A DNA stretch of 64,000 nt from an uncultured Chloroflexia bacterium (GCA_963829105.1 CAWHHF010000022.1:586196-650195); one strand, 5' to 3'; shown: positions 1 to 9,997, counted from the stretch's first letter. Numbers and translations: made by a program. Notes: generated by a model not told the origin, from the sequence alone.

Positions 1-567
1 ACGCGTCTCGAGCACAAGATGGGGATCCGGGGCTCGCCCACGGCGGAGCTTTCGTTCGACGGGGTCCGCGTCCCGATCGCCAACCGCCTGGGCGCGGAGG
101 GACAGGGCTTCGCGATCGCGATGCAGACGTTCGAGCGCTCGCGCCCGGGCATCGCCGCCCAGGCCGTCGGGATCGCCCAGGGCGCGCTCGAGGCGGCCGC
201 CGGGTACGCGACCCAGCGCCGCCAGTTCGGCAAGCCGATCGGTGACCTGCAGATGGTCCAGGCGATGCTCGCCGACATGGACGCCGCCACCGAGGGTGCC
301 CGCCATCTCCTGTACACGGCGTGCGAGGAGATCGATGCCGGCAACCCGGAGGCGGCCCGCTGGGCCGCCATCGCGAAGCTGGTCGCGGGGGACACGGCGA
401 TGCGCGTCACCACGGACGCCGTCCAGGTCTTCGGCGGCTACGGATACATCGACGAGTACCCCGTCGAGCGCATGATGCGCGACGCGAAGATCACCCAGCT
501 CTACGAGGGGACCCAGCAGATCCAGCGGCTCATCGTCGCCCGGTCGCTGCTCGCGAAGAGCGGCTGA
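1..567 (+). CDS. acyl-CoA dehydrogenase, C-terminal part (5' end outside window)
   Basis: ORF 19..567 translation ends ...ITQLYEGTQQIQRLIVARSLL. This is the conserved ACAD C-terminal helix domain. The reading frame is open to the window start. Confidence 0.85.
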   Translation, partial: TRLEHKMGIRGSPTAELSFDGVRVPIANRLGAEGQGFAIAMQTFERSRPGIAAQAVGIAQGALEAAAGYATQRRQFGKPIGDLQMVQAMLADMDAATEGARHLLYTACEEIDAGNPEAARWAAIAKLVAGDTAMRVTTDAVQVFGGYGYIDEYPVERMMRDAKITQLYEGTQQIQRLIVARSLLAKSG

Positions 568-604
568 CCGCCGGCGTTGTCCATCCAGCGGGAGCGTTGC
601 ACGC

Positions 605-1408
605 GTGCGTATCCTCGTCCTGGCCAAGCCCGTCCCCGACCCGGCCGCGGGCGCGGAGCGGCTCGGTCCCGACCTCCGGCTCGATCGTGCGGCCTCGCCC
701 ACGGTCGTGAACGGCAACGACGAGTACGCGCTCGAGGCGGCGCTCCAGCTCGTCGAGGCCCACGGTGGTGAGGTGATCCTGCTCACGATGGCACCCCCGA
801 ACGCCGTCGAGACGATGCGCAAGGCGCTGGCCATGGGCGCCAGCCGCGGGATCCTCGTCACGGACCCGGCGCTCGCGGGCGCCGACCTGCCGACGACCAT
901 CCGCGTCCTGGCCGCGGCGATCGCCGCCTCCCCGGACGCGTTCGACCTGGTCCTGGCCGGGTTCGACACCTCCGACGGCAACGGTGGCGCCGTCGCCGCC
1001 GGGATCGCGGCGCGCCTCGGGCTCCCGCTGTGCTCCGCCGCGGCGCGGATCGAACCCGACCCGGCCGCCGGCACCGTCCGCGTCCGGCGGCTCTCGGCCC
1101 AGGGGTACGACCTGGTCGAGGCGCCCATGCCCGCGGTCCTCTCCTGCACCCAGGCCCTGGGCACGCCGCGGTATGCCACGCTGAAGGGGATCATGGCCGC
1201 TCGCTCGCGCGAGATCGTGGTCCGCTCGCTCGCGGACCTGCCCGACGGGCTGGCCCCCGCGGAAGGGGCCTGGGCCACCCGGGTCGTCTCGGCGGTGCCG
1301 CCGCCTGCGCGCGCGGCGGGCCGCACCATCACGGCCGCGTCCGCCGCCGCCGCCGCGGACGCGGCCCGGTCGATCGCGGACTTCCTCGACGACCGGAGGC
1401 TGATCTGA
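605..1408 (+). CDS. etfB: electron transfer flavoprotein beta subunit
   Basis: 267 aa ORF starting MRILVLAKPVPD (GTG start). Typical EtfB N-terminus and length. The stop overlaps the etfA ATG (ATGA at 1406-1410). Confidence 0.9.
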   Translation: MRILVLAKPVPDPAAGAERLGPDLRLDRAASPTVVNGNDEYALEAALQLVEAHGGEVILLTMAPPNAVETMRKALAMGASRGILVTDPALAGADLPTTIRVLAAAIAASPDAFDLVLAGFDTSDGNGGAVAAGIAARLGLPLCSAAARIEPDPAAGTVRVRRLSAQGYDLVEAPMPAVLSCTQALGTPRYATLKGIMAARSREIVVRSLADLPDGLAPAEGAWATRVVSAVPPPARAAGRTITAASAAAAADAARSIADFLDDRRLI

Positions 1409-2385
1409 TGGCGCCGGTCCTCCTGGTCGTCGCGGAGGCCGCCGACGGCGCGCTGACCCGGCTCTCGGCCGAGATCGCCACGCTCGCGCGGACCCTCGCG
1501 GCCGAGGCCGGCGGAACCGCCCTGGGCCTGGTGCTCGATCCGGCCCCCGACGCGGCGGCCACGCAGCTCGCCGGGTACCTCCCGCGCGTGGTCTCGGTCG
1601 CCTCCGCGGCCGCGGGCGAGGAGACCTGGGCGGCGCATGCAGCGACCGAGGTCCTGCGGCTCGTCGAGGAGGGCGTCACCCACGTGCTCCTGCCCACCAC
1701 CACGGAGGGCCGTGATCTCGGCGGGATCCTCGTCGGGTTGCTGGGCTGGGGCCTCCTCGCCAACGCGGACGGCGCGTCCTGGGACGGCACGAGCCCGGTC
1801 GTCGAGTCGAGCGTCCTGGGCGGCAGGGCGATCACGCGGAGCGTGCTCGAGGGTCCCAGTGGCATCGTCACGGTCAGGCCGGGCGCCGTCACCGCCCACG
1901 AGGCCGGTTCGACCGGGAGCGTGGAAGGACGAGCTCCCGGGGGGCCGGCCGCGATCCCCGCGGTCCCGATCCGGGAGCGCGTCGCCGAGGCCGGCGCGGC
2001 CGTCTCGCTCGAGGAGGCCCGGGTGGTCGTTGTGGGTGGTCGCGGCGTCGGCGCACCCGAGGGGTTCGGACTCGTGGAGGAGCTCGCCGAGCTGCTCGGC
2101 GGCGTCGTCGGTGCCACGCGGGCGGCCGTCGATGCCGGCTGGATCGCGTATGCGCGACAGATCGGCCAGACCGGCAAGGTCGTGAAGCCTGCCCTGTACC
2201 TTGGCCTCGGCGTATCGGGCGCGATGCAGCATCGGGCCGGGATGCAGTCGTCGGGTGTCATCGTCGTGGTCAACCGGGACCCGGATGCGCCCATCGCGGA
2301 GATCGCGGACCTGCTGGTCGTCGGGGACCTGTTCGAGGTGGGACGGGCCCTCGCGAACGAGCTCCGCGCGCGGCGCGGCGGCTGA
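1408..2385 (+). CDS. etfA: electron transfer flavoprotein alpha subunit
   Basis: MAPVLLVVAEAADGALTRLS... in frame of ORF 1030..2385. Contains the C-terminal FAD-binding region (VVVGGRGVG...ARQIGQTGKVVKPALYLGLGVSGAMQH). Translationally coupled to etfB. Confidence 0.9.
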   Translation: MAPVLLVVAEAADGALTRLSAEIATLARTLAAEAGGTALGLVLDPAPDAAATQLAGYLPRVVSVASAAAGEETWAAHAATEVLRLVEEGVTHVLLPTTTEGRDLGGILVGLLGWGLLANADGASWDGTSPVVESSVLGGRAITRSVLEGPSGIVTVRPGAVTAHEAGSTGSVEGRAPGGPAAIPAVPIRERVAEAGAAVSLEEARVVVVGGRGVGAPEGFGLVEELAELLGGVVGATRAAVDAGWIAYARQIGQTGKVVKPALYLGLGVSGAMQHRAGMQSSGVIVVVNRDPDAPIAEIADLLVVGDLFEVGRALANELRARRGG

Positions 2386-2430
2386 CGGGATGGGCCGGGT
2401 CAGCGGCATGGGCCGAGGGAGGTTGTCGGG

Positions 2431-3057
2431 GTGACGGCGTGGGCGATCATCTGGGCCGCGCTCCTGGTCGCCCTGTTCGTGCTGTTCGTCGTCATCGCCC
2501 GCCGCATGTCCGCGCTCATCGAGAGGACCCACAACCTCGAGCGGATCCAGCGCTCGGTCGAGAGCATCGACCGGAGGCTGGGCGCCGCCGCGGACCCCCT
2601 GGTCGCCCGCCTCGACGGGATCCGGCGGCATTCCGGCGATCCCGAGGGCCTGGCCCGGGACCTCGGACCGGCGGAGGCGATGCTGCGGGAGCTCGCGGTG
2701 GAGACGCGGGCGCTGCAGGTGCCGGCCCTGCTCGGCCGGCAGCGAGCGGTGATGGTCCACGAGGCGGAGCGGGCCGTCCGGGCGGTCGAGCTCGTGGCCC
2801 ACGGCATGGATGCGCTGCTCGCGGCGCGGAGAGGTTACGAGGCGGAGGCGCAGACGTCGCTCAAGCGGGGGGCGCTCAACCTCCGGCACGCGCGGGAGGC
2901 ATTCGGCCAGGTGGCCCGCGAGATCGCGGCACTGCGGCCCGCAGACCTCGCGCCGGGCGCCCAAGCGGCTGCGCCCAGCACCGTTCCCCGGGCTGGATCG
3001 GCCTACGGCGACGCGGTCGACACCGACCTCGACGGCCCCTTCGAGCCCCGCATGTAG
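2431..3057 (+). CDS. hypothetical membrane-anchored protein
   Basis: 208 aa ORF with GTG start. N-terminal TM helix (WAIIWAALLVALFVLFVVIA), then a charged coiled region. GGGAGG RBS-like sequence upstream. Confidence 0.5.
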   Translation: MTAWAIIWAALLVALFVLFVVIARRMSALIERTHNLERIQRSVESIDRRLGAAADPLVARLDGIRRHSGDPEGLARDLGPAEAMLRELAVETRALQVPALLGRQRAVMVHEAERAVRAVELVAHGMDALLAARRGYEAEAQTSLKRGALNLRHAREAFGQVAREIAALRPADLAPGAQAAAPSTVPRAGSAYGDAVDTDLDGPFEPRM

Positions 3058-3130
3058 TGGTATCCTCGCCCGACACCACTAGGGCTAGTGGTTGGGGCCC
3101 CGACGCGAGGGGTGGAGGACGGGAGGATCG

Positions 3131-3619
3131 ATGCGCTGTCCCCAGTGCGCCGCCCGGGACACGCGGGTCGTGGACTCGCGGGACCTGGACGAGTCGGCGA
3201 CGGTCCGGCGCCGCCGCGAGTGCCCCGCGTGCTCGGCCCGATTCACCACCTACGAACGGGTCGAGGCCGCCCGGCTGGTCGTCGCCAAGCGCGACGGCAC
3301 CCGGCAGGAGTTCGACCGGGACAAGCTGGCGAAGGGCCTGGAGAAGGCGCTGACCCGGCGCCCGGTCCCGGACGATGCGGCGGAGCGGGCCGCCGACGAG
3401 ATCGAGGGCGAGCTGCGCTCGTCGGGCCTGTCCGAGGTCCCCAGCTCCCGTGTCGGCACGCTGGCGATGGACAAGCTCCGGGCGCTGGACCACATCGCCT
3501 ACATCCGGTTCGCGTCCGTCTACCAGAGCTTCGAGGACCTGGAGGACCTCAAGCGCGAGGTGGACCAGCTGTTCGCCGAGGGAACGCCCAAGAAGGGGAA
3601 GGGGAAGGGCGGGGCATGA
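3131..3619 (+). CDS. nrdR: transcriptional repressor NrdR
   Basis: [21 protein letters not shown]...[20 protein letters not shown] is the NrdR zinc ribbon plus ATP-cone. The internal ATG at 3131 matches the canonical NrdR N-terminus. Confidence 0.9.
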   Translation: MRCPQCAARDTRVVDSRDLDESATVRRRRECPACSARFTTYERVEAARLVVAKRDGTRQEFDRDKLAKGLEKALTRRPVPDDAAERAADEIEGELRSSGLSEVPSSRVGTLAMDKLRALDHIAYIRFASVYQSFEDLEDLKREVDQLFAEGTPKKGKGKGGA

Positions 3620-4209
3620 GCGTCCTTGCCGATCGCGACATCCGCGCGGAGCTGGAGTCCGGCCGTGTCCGCATCGACCCGTACGACCCGTCGGACCTGC
3701 AGCCGTCGTCCGTCGACCTCCACCTCGACCGGAGCTTCCGCGTCTTCCGCAACAACCGGTACGCCTTCATCGACCCGCGCCAGCCGCAGCCGGACCTGAC
3801 CGAGCTGCTGTCGATCACGGACGATGAGTCGTTCATCCTCCACCCGGGCGAGTTCGTGCTCGGCCAGACCCTCGAGTGGGTGGAGCTCCCGGACGACCTC
3901 GTCGCCAGGCTCGAAGGAAAATCGAGTCTGGGCCGGCTGGGGCTGCTGATCCACTCCACGGCAGGGTATGTCGATCCCGGCTGGAAGGGGACGCTCACGC
4001 TCGAGCTGTCGAACGTGGCCAACCTGCCGATCGCGCTCTACGCCGGGATGCGGATCGGCCAGATCAGCTTCTTCCGGATGAGCTCCCCGGTCGAGCGGCC
4101 GTACGGGACCAAGGAGCTCGGGTCCAAGTACCAGGGCCAGTCCGAGCCCACGGCGTCCGCGTTCCATGCGGACTTCGACCGCGGCCGCAAGCTGCGGGAG
4201 GACGCCTGA
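3616..4209 (+). CDS. dcd: dCTP deaminase
   Basis: [38 protein letters not shown]... in frame of ORF 3088..4209. The ATG overlaps the nrdR stop (ATGA). Confidence 0.85.
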   Translation: MSVLADRDIRAELESGRVRIDPYDPSDLQPSSVDLHLDRSFRVFRNNRYAFIDPRQPQPDLTELLSITDDESFILHPGEFVLGQTLEWVELPDDLVARLEGKSSLGRLGLLIHSTAGYVDPGWKGTLTLELSNVANLPIALYAGMRIGQISFFRMSSPVERPYGTKELGSKYQGQSEPTASAFHADFDRGRKLREDA

Positions 4210-4211
4210 CC

Positions 4212-5078
4212 GTGGGTATCAACGACGCCGTCCACTGGCGCGCGGAGCTCGGCGGGGGCACGACCGTCGCACTGGTCCAGGCCGGGACGTTCCGGTCGGA
4301 CGCGGGGGCGCTGTTCGGGCCGGTCCCCTGGGTGCTGTGGCGGGACTGGGCCTCGGACGAGCTGGACGAGAACCGGCGCCTGCTCCAGGCGCTCAACTGC
4401 CTGCTGGTGGAGACGCCGGCTGGGCGGGTCCTGATCGAGACCGGGATCGGGGAGCGCATGGACGCCAGGAACACCGACATGCGCGGGTACCTCGGCTCGC
4501 CGATCGTGCCCACGCTCCGAGGGGCGGGCTTCGACCCGGGGAGCGTGGACGTGGTGGCCATGAGCCACCTCCACTTCGACCATGCGGGCGGCCTGCTGCT
4601 GGCCGATGGGACGAAGGCGTTCCCCAGGGCTCGGATCGTCGCCCAGCGGTCGGAGTGGGAGATCGCTCTCGGCGGGAACAGCCGCGTGCTCGCCTCCTAC
4701 GACCAGCCGGAGCTGCGCCTGGTCGCGGACTGGGGCGCGGCGGGATGGGCCGAGGGCGACCGCGAGCTGCTACCGGGCGTGTCGGTCGTCCGCACCGGCG
4801 GCCACTCGGCCGGGCACCAGGCGATCGTCGTCCGGGGGAGCGGGCCGGGCGCTCGTACCCTGGCCTTCTTCGGGGACCTGTGCATGCGTCCCTGGGCGGC
4901 GAACCCGCGCTGGGTGACGGCGTTCGACGACTTCCCGCTGGACAGCGTGGCGATCAAGGGAGAGCTGTTCCGGCGGGCGATGGAGGACGACTGGATCGTC
5001 GCGATGTCCCACGAGGTGCGATCCCCCGTCGGAAAGCTGGTCCCGGACCGCGACCGCTTCCGGTTCGAGAGCGTGTAG
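4212..5078 (+). CDS. MBL-fold metallo-hydrolase
   Basis: SHLHFDHAGG (HxHxDH) motif with downstream His/Asp ligands. GTG start directly after the dcd stop. Confidence 0.75.
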   Translation: MGINDAVHWRAELGGGTTVALVQAGTFRSDAGALFGPVPWVLWRDWASDELDENRRLLQALNCLLVETPAGRVLIETGIGERMDARNTDMRGYLGSPIVPTLRGAGFDPGSVDVVAMSHLHFDHAGGLLLADGTKAFPRARIVAQRSEWEIALGGNSRVLASYDQPELRLVADWGAAGWAEGDRELLPGVSVVRTGGHSAGHQAIVVRGSGPGARTLAFFGDLCMRPWAANPRWVTAFDDFPLDSVAIKGELFRRAMEDDWIVAMSHEVRSPVGKLVPDRDRFRFESV

Positions 5079-5159
5079 GGCGGTCGAGCGTCGAGCGGCC
5101 GGCCCCGGCGCGAACCCGCAACCCGAGCCTCCTACGCCCGTCGCCGGTCCTCTCGCCCG

Positions 5160-5979
5160 TTACAGCGCCGGCGCGAACTGGAAGTAGCGCGGCAGCATTA
5201 CCAGCACGTCGAACATCATCGCCAGCCCGATCGCGACCACCAGGAGGCCGCCGACGAGCGAGACGATCCGCCCGTGCCGGACGAGGAACCGCACCAGCGG
5301 CCTGGACCGGTCGTAGAACGCCGCGATGAGCACGAACGGGGCGCCGAGGCCCATCGTGTAGCCGACGAGCAGCAGCGCGCCCTGGAGCTTCCCCTCCGAC
5401 GTGGCGGCCATCGTCGAGGATCCCGCCCAGGATCACCCCGATGCAGGGCGTCCACCCGATGGCGAACACGGAGCCCAGCACAAACGCCGCCCCGAACCCG
5501 GTCCGGCCGGCCACCAGCCGGCTCCCGACGCGGTCGCCCATCCCGTCGCCCTCCGCCGGGGCCAGCGCGATGCCGCCCGTCGTCGTCGCGAGGCCGGCCG
5601 AGGCGCCGGCGTCCAGCGGACGCCACGTCCGGTCCAGCACCGGGATCCTGAGGATGCCGGCCAGGCTCAGGCCCATCACCACCAGCACCGTCCCCCCGAT
5701 GATCCGCAGCGGCTTCATGTACTCGGCGATCGCGCCGCCGGCGAAGGCGGCCGTGATGCCCAGGAGCGTGAACACCGTGCCGAACCCCGCCACGAAGGCG
5801 AGGGCGTGGCGAACCGCGGCCCAGCGGGACGGCCGCCCGGCCGCGGCGTCGCCCTGGGCTGCCACCGCAACCGCGGTCAGCTGGCCCAGGTATGCGGGGA
5901 CCAGCGGCAGGACGCACGGTGAGAGGAACGAGACCAGCCCCGCGGCCATGGCGACGAGGAACGTGTAGTCGCCGTTCAC
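5160..5979 (-). CDS. ccdA: cytochrome c-type biogenesis protein CcdA (thiol-disulfide transporter), carrying a +1 frameshift near 5412
   Basis: The N-terminal part (ORF 4954..6210 frame) reads VSFLSPCVLPLVPAYL...FAIGWTPCIGVILGGIL. The C-terminal part (ORF 5160..5411 frame) reads AATSEGKLQGALLLVGYTMGLGAPFVLIAAF.... Removing one base near 5412 restores a continuous CcdA of about 273 aa. Confidence 0.7.
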
Positions 5980-6263
5980 GGGGCCGCGCTCCCGTCGAGC
6001 GTCTCGGCCAGGAACCGGTCGATCTTCGCGGGGGTCGTCGCGAGCTCCAGCTCCCGGTCGCCCAGGACGATGACCGGGATCGTGACGAGGTAACGCCGGT
6101 GCCATGCCTCGTCGTCCTCGATGTTGCGATCGACCACCACGGGGACGGACAGGCCCGCCTCGGCCCGTCGTGCGAGCAGCGTCTCGAGGATGACGTGCGC
6201 GTCCTCGCACAGGTGGCAGCCCGGGCGGCCGTACAGGATCAGGTCGGGGAGGGGAGCGGTCAC
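5976..6263 (-). CDS. glutaredoxin/thioredoxin-like small protein (DUF836-like)
   Basis: C-terminal 95 aa of ORF 5976..6671: VTAPLPDLILYGRPGCHLCEDA...DEAWHRRYLVTIPVIVLGD. CxxC redox motif. GTG start at 6263. The stop overlaps the ccdA start (GTGA). Confidence 0.6.
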   Translation of the reverse strand: MTAPLPDLILYGRPGCHLCEDAHVILETLLARRAEAGLSVPVVVDRNIEDDEAWHRRYLVTIPVIVLGDRELELATTPAKIDRFLAETLDGSAAP

Positions 6264-6395
6264 GGACGGTGATTGTAGCCGTCGCGCAAGTCGGCCCGAC
6301 AAGGCGCCTTCATCGAGGCTGGCGAGCCGGAGGCCGCGTGATCCGGGCGCCGCTCGTCCGGTCCGATGCGTCCGTCGGGTACGATGCACGTCCGC

Positions 6396-6468
6396 GCCCC
6401 CGTAGCTCAGTGGATAGAGCGCAGCCGTCCTAAGGCTGGCGTCGGCGGTTCGAATCCGTCCGGGGGCG
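6396..6468 (+). tRNA. tRNA-Arg (anticodon CCT)
   Basis: gcccccg/cgggggc 7-bp acceptor stem, D-arm tagctcagtggatagagc, anticodon stem cagcc/ggctg with loop gtCCTaa, T-arm ggttcgaatcc. No encoded CCA. Confidence 0.85.
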
Positions 6469-6559
6469 CTTCTTGATGTGCGCAGCGATCCTGTAACAGC
6501 CGCCGCACCCGTGCGTCCTACTGGCGACCGGATCGCGGGCGATCCCATTGAACTGACAG

Positions 6560-7140
6560 TTGGCGTCCCAGGAGCATGCCGATGCTGCGCCTGACGCCGC
6601 TTGTCATGGGTCGGCGGTCCTCCTCGCTGGGTGTGCAACTGCGGCCATCGATGAGCCGACCTTGCCGGCAAGCGTTTTCGTCACGTCGAGCCCGTCGCAC
6701 GGGCCAGACAGCCCTGGTCCGTCGCCGACTCAGGCGGCGACCGCGGCGCCCGACAGCCCTGGGGCGTCGCCGTCACAGGCGGCGACGGCGGCGCCGGTCT
6801 CGCTCCCGTCGCCGCCGACCGGTGTCACCGCGAAGAGCAACGGTCCCGGTAAGCCGGGAACGATGTTCACGATCCATCTGACGTGGACCCAGGCTGCGCC
6901 GACGGACTCCTACCGCATCTACGAGTACCAGACGGGCGCGGGCCCCGGGTACGGCAAGTGCGTCTTCGACAGGGCGATGATGGCCGGGCCGCTCGTGTAG
7001 ACCCAGCCGGGCGCAACGAGCGCCGACGCCTCGCTGGACTCGGCGGTTACGGGCGCCGGGGTACGGTGCCTCTACGTGGTCGCGCTCGACACCGCAGGCG
7101 AGTCCGCGCCCACGCTCGCATGGAGGAACGAAGCTGGCTA
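6560..7140 (+). pseudogene. FN3-like domain (possible lipoprotein) with in-frame TAG at 6998-7000
   Basis: ORF 6560..7000 has an LLAGC lipobox-like motif, DSPGxSPxQAATAAP repeats and an FN3-like W/Y pattern (FTIHLTWTQ...YRIYEYQ). The same frame continues past the TAG as ...SAVTGAGVRCLYVVALDTAGESAPT, which completes the fold. Confidence 0.35.
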
Positions 7141-7170
7141 AGCCTCACATGGCAGTTCTCCATTAGGCGA

Positions 7171-7235
7171 CGACGCCGCATCCCACGTCAGGGCATCGTG
7201 CGACCGCCACCGCCGTTCCCTCACGAGCGTCCGGG
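7171..7235. repeat. about 55-60 bp intergenic repeat, copy A
   Basis: ccgcaTCCCACGTCAGgGCaTCGTGCGACCGCC...GTTCCCtCAcGAgCGTCC is shared with 9797-9860. Confidence 0.5.
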
Positions 7236-7435
7236 GGCCCCAGTTCCTGTGCAACCCATGAGCATGTGCAGGGCCGGCGCTTCGTCAAGCGAGGATGGCG
7301 CTCCTGCGCCGCCGGCACCATGACCCCGCCGCGCGACGCGGATGGCGGGCTCGCCGGTCAACCGACCGGCGAGCCCCGGACTGCCGGGCGGACCGGGCCG
7401 CGGTGGCCCACGGGCCAGTCAGATCGGCCCGAAGG

Positions 7436-7753
7436 TCATGCCAGGACGGGCGCCAGCTCGCCCACGACGAACCCGAGCCGGCCGGTCCGGTCCTCCACGA
7501 GATACCCGAGGTCGGAGATGTTGGCCGCCGTCCAGGTGCCGGCCGCAGCCATCGCCGTATCGGCCGACTCGGCGGAGGACCAGACGCTGATCGAGCAGTT
7601 CGTGCCGTCGCCGAGGTGGGCGAAGGTGTAGGCGACGAAGCCCGGCGACGCACGGAAGACGTCAGCCAGGCCACCGGGGGCCTGAATGATCGCGCACAGG
7701 TCATCGAACGTGCCGCTTGTCTGCTGGTAGGTGGCAATTCGAACGTGCTGCAT
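7436..7753 (-). CDS. antibiotic biosynthesis monooxygenase (ABM/Dabb)-like small protein
   Basis: 105 aa MQHVRIATYQ...FVAYTFAHLGDG...SISVWSSAE has the ABM-fold pattern. Confidence 0.55.
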   Translation of the reverse strand: MQHVRIATYQQTSGTFDDLCAIIQAPGGLADVFRASPGFVAYTFAHLGDGTNCSISVWSSAESADTAMAAAGTWTAANISDLGYLVEDRTGRLGFVVGELAPVLA

Positions 7754-7851
7754 CTGGTGCTCCTTCTGCTGCCCGCTGCGTGTGGCGGGATCGGGGACAC
7801 CGTACGGGCCGGCTGCCGAGCGCGGAATGACCCCCGAGGTGAGAGTTCACC

Positions 7852-9627
7852 TTGCCTTGGGGTAAGGTTCGGCCGAGGAGGGTCGAGGCAGTGGATGGTC
7901 CCGGTCCTGGGGCGAGGCCGATGCCGGTGCTCACGCGGCGTGAGCGCGATGTCCTCGCCGCGCTGTGCCGGCCGCTCGCATCGCATCAGCCCGTCGCCAT
8001 TCCCGCGTCGATCCGCGAGATCGCGGCCGAGCTCGTGGTGACGGAGGCGGCTGTCAAGCAGCATCTCCTGAACCTGTACGACAAGTTCGAGATCGCCGAG
8101 GGGACGGAGAGCCGGCGGATTGCGCTGGCGCGGGAGGCGGTGCTTCGCGGCTTCCTCCCGGGCGTCGGGGCCCCGGCGGCCACGCTCGACGCGGGGCGCA
8201 TCGCCGCGAGGAATCGCGCGTGGGACGACGCTTATGCCGCACTGTCGGAGGCGGCTTCGGCGCGGTCGCTCGACGTCGCCGACCTCGAGCTGCTCGGCGA
8301 CGCGGCGACGTGGACCGGACGGTTCGACGCCTCCACGGCGGCCCGCGAGCAGGCGTACGCAGCCTACCTCTCGCTCGGCGACCGGCGGTCCGCGGCGCGC
8401 GTCGCCCTCGGGCTCGGGTGGAATGCCGCCGTCACCCTCAGGTTCTCCGTGGTCGCTGGCTGGATGGCGTCGGCTGGGCGGCTGCTGGCAGCCGACGAAG
8501 CGGCGGGTGATACGTCCGTCTGGCCCGAGCACGGGCTGATGTTGTCCCTGATGGCGCTCGGCGAGCTAGGGTCGGGACAGGTCGACGCCGGCCTCGAGCA
8601 TGCGCGCGCGGCGTTCGACATCGGTCGAACGACCGGTGACCCGGACATCCAGGCCCTGGGCCTCGTCTTCCAAGGCTTCGGGCTCGTCCGCCAGGGGAGG
8701 CTCGACGAGGGTCGCGCGCTGCTCGACGAGGCGATGGCGAGCGCGACGGCCGGCCACCTCGGGACCCTCGCCCAGGGGATGGTCTACTGCCGGACCCTGA
8801 GCGCCTGCCTCGACACGTTTGACTACCGACGGGCCATCGAGTGGACCGAGATGATCGAGCAACGCGCCCCGGCGCTGGGGACGGTGGGGTTTCCCGGCGA
8901 CTGCCGGACGCACCGGGCGGCGGTCCTCGTGGTGCGCGGCGACTGGGAGCGCGGCGCCGAGGAGGCAGAGGCCGCCGCGGCCGAATCGCGCGCCTACGAC
9001 CTCGGCCACACCGCCCAGGCGCTGACCGCGCTCGGTGAGATCCGGCTGCGACAAGGTGACCTGGCCGCGGCGCGCGACGCCTTCGATCGGGCGGCCGAGT
9101 TCGGCCTCGCCCCGGGCCCGGGACCTGCGCTGGCGCTCCTCGCCGCCGGGGACGCCGTCGCCGCGCATGCCGCAATCGCCGGCGCGCTCCACGGCTCGGG
9201 CGACGAACCGCTGACCCGAGCCCGCTACCTGTCGGCCGCCATCGAGATCGCGCTCGCCGCGGGCGACCGGGATTGGGCCCGGAGATTGAGCGCCGATCTC
9301 GCGGGCATCGCCGCAGCGTTTCCGGGGCCGGTGCTCGCCGCGGCGGCGGCCGAAAGCGAGGGTGCCGTCTCGTTGGCCGACGGGGACGCCGCAGCAGCGA
9401 TCGCGCAGCTGCGTGACTCGGCAATCCGGTGGCGTTCGGTCGGGGCCCCGTACGAGTCAGCGAGGTGCCGCATGCGGGTGGCGAGCGCCGCCGCAGCCCT
9501 CGGGGACCGCGCCGACGCTGCCCGCGAGGGTCGCGCCGCGCTTGCCACATTCGAGCAGCTCGGCGCGCGGCTTGACATCGAGGCGGCAGTGGCCTTCCTC
9601 GATCATCTCGAGCCACCGGCTACCTGA
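7852..9627 (+). CDS. transcriptional regulator, N-terminal LuxR-type HTH plus C-terminal TPR-like domain
   Basis: LTRRERDVLAALC...SIREIAAELVVTEAAVKQHLLNLYDKF is a GerE/LuxR HTH near the N-terminus. The rest is Ala/Leu-rich helical repeats. Alternative start at 7921 (MPVLTRRERD). Confidence 0.65.
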   Translation: MPWGKVRPRRVEAVDGPGPGARPMPVLTRRERDVLAALCRPLASHQPVAIPASIREIAAELVVTEAAVKQHLLNLYDKFEIAEGTESRRIALAREAVLRGFLPGVGAPAATLDAGRIAARNRAWDDAYAALSEAASARSLDVADLELLGDAATWTGRFDASTAAREQAYAAYLSLGDRRSAARVALGLGWNAAVTLRFSVVAGWMASAGRLLAADEAAGDTSVWPEHGLMLSLMALGELGSGQVDAGLEHARAAFDIGRTTGDPDIQALGLVFQGFGLVRQGRLDEGRALLDEAMASATAGHLGTLAQGMVYCRTLSACLDTFDYRRAIEWTEMIEQRAPALGTVGFPGDCRTHRAAVLVVRGDWERGAEEAEAAAAESRAYDLGHTAQALTALGEIRLRQGDLAAARDAFDRAAEFGLAPGPGPALALLAAGDAVAAHAAIAGALHGSGDEPLTRARYLSAAIEIALAAGDRDWARRLSADLAGIAAAFPGPVLAAAAAESEGAVSLADGDAAAAIAQLRDSAIRWRSVGAPYESARCRMRVASAAAALGDRADAAREGRAALATFEQLGARLDIEAAVAFLDHLEPPAT

Positions 9628-9796
9628 CGACCCGCGCCAGCGTCAGCCGCGTACCAAGCGTGTGGGTCACATGGTTTGCCTCGCGTGCCCCCGAGCCCGT
9701 CCGGGGGCGGCATAGCAAAGGAGAGTCGAAGAACGGCTCCGCTGGCCCGGTCGGCGACCAGCCGACCACCTGACGGTCGGCCGTCTCGACACGCTC

Positions 9797-9860
9797 CACG
9801 AGCAGGGAGACCGCGTCCCACGTCAGTGCGTCGTGCGACCGCCGTTCCCCAGCGACCGTC
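9797..9860. repeat. about 55-60 bp intergenic repeat, copy B
   Basis: See copy A. Preceded by the hairpin CCGACC-acctgac-GGTCGG (about 9760-9780). Confidence 0.5.
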
Positions 9861-9997
9861 CTCGGCGCACTAGGCCACGGCCTGATGCTCAAAGAATGGA
9901 AGTGTGGCCGGTGGCGGCTCGGCTGCGGCGCGGGGCTCGGGCCGGGATTCACGATGACCACCGAGAGCCCGGTCCTGGACGTTGCGATCGATCGTGC

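Noticed and set aside
7285-9616. Long ORFs on the opposite strand of the LuxR-TPR regulator (7285..8532 - 415 aa; 8438..9616 - 392 aa)
   Set aside because: Arg/Pro/Gly-rich low-complexity translations, typical antisense ORFs in 70% GC DNA. They fully overlap a gene with clear domain content.
9620-9961. 113-aa ORF downstream of the ECF sigma (a candidate anti-sigma)
   Set aside because: No anti-sigma features (no zinc-binding HxxxCxxC, no TM helix). It overlaps the 55-bp repeat/hairpin region and is probably non-coding.
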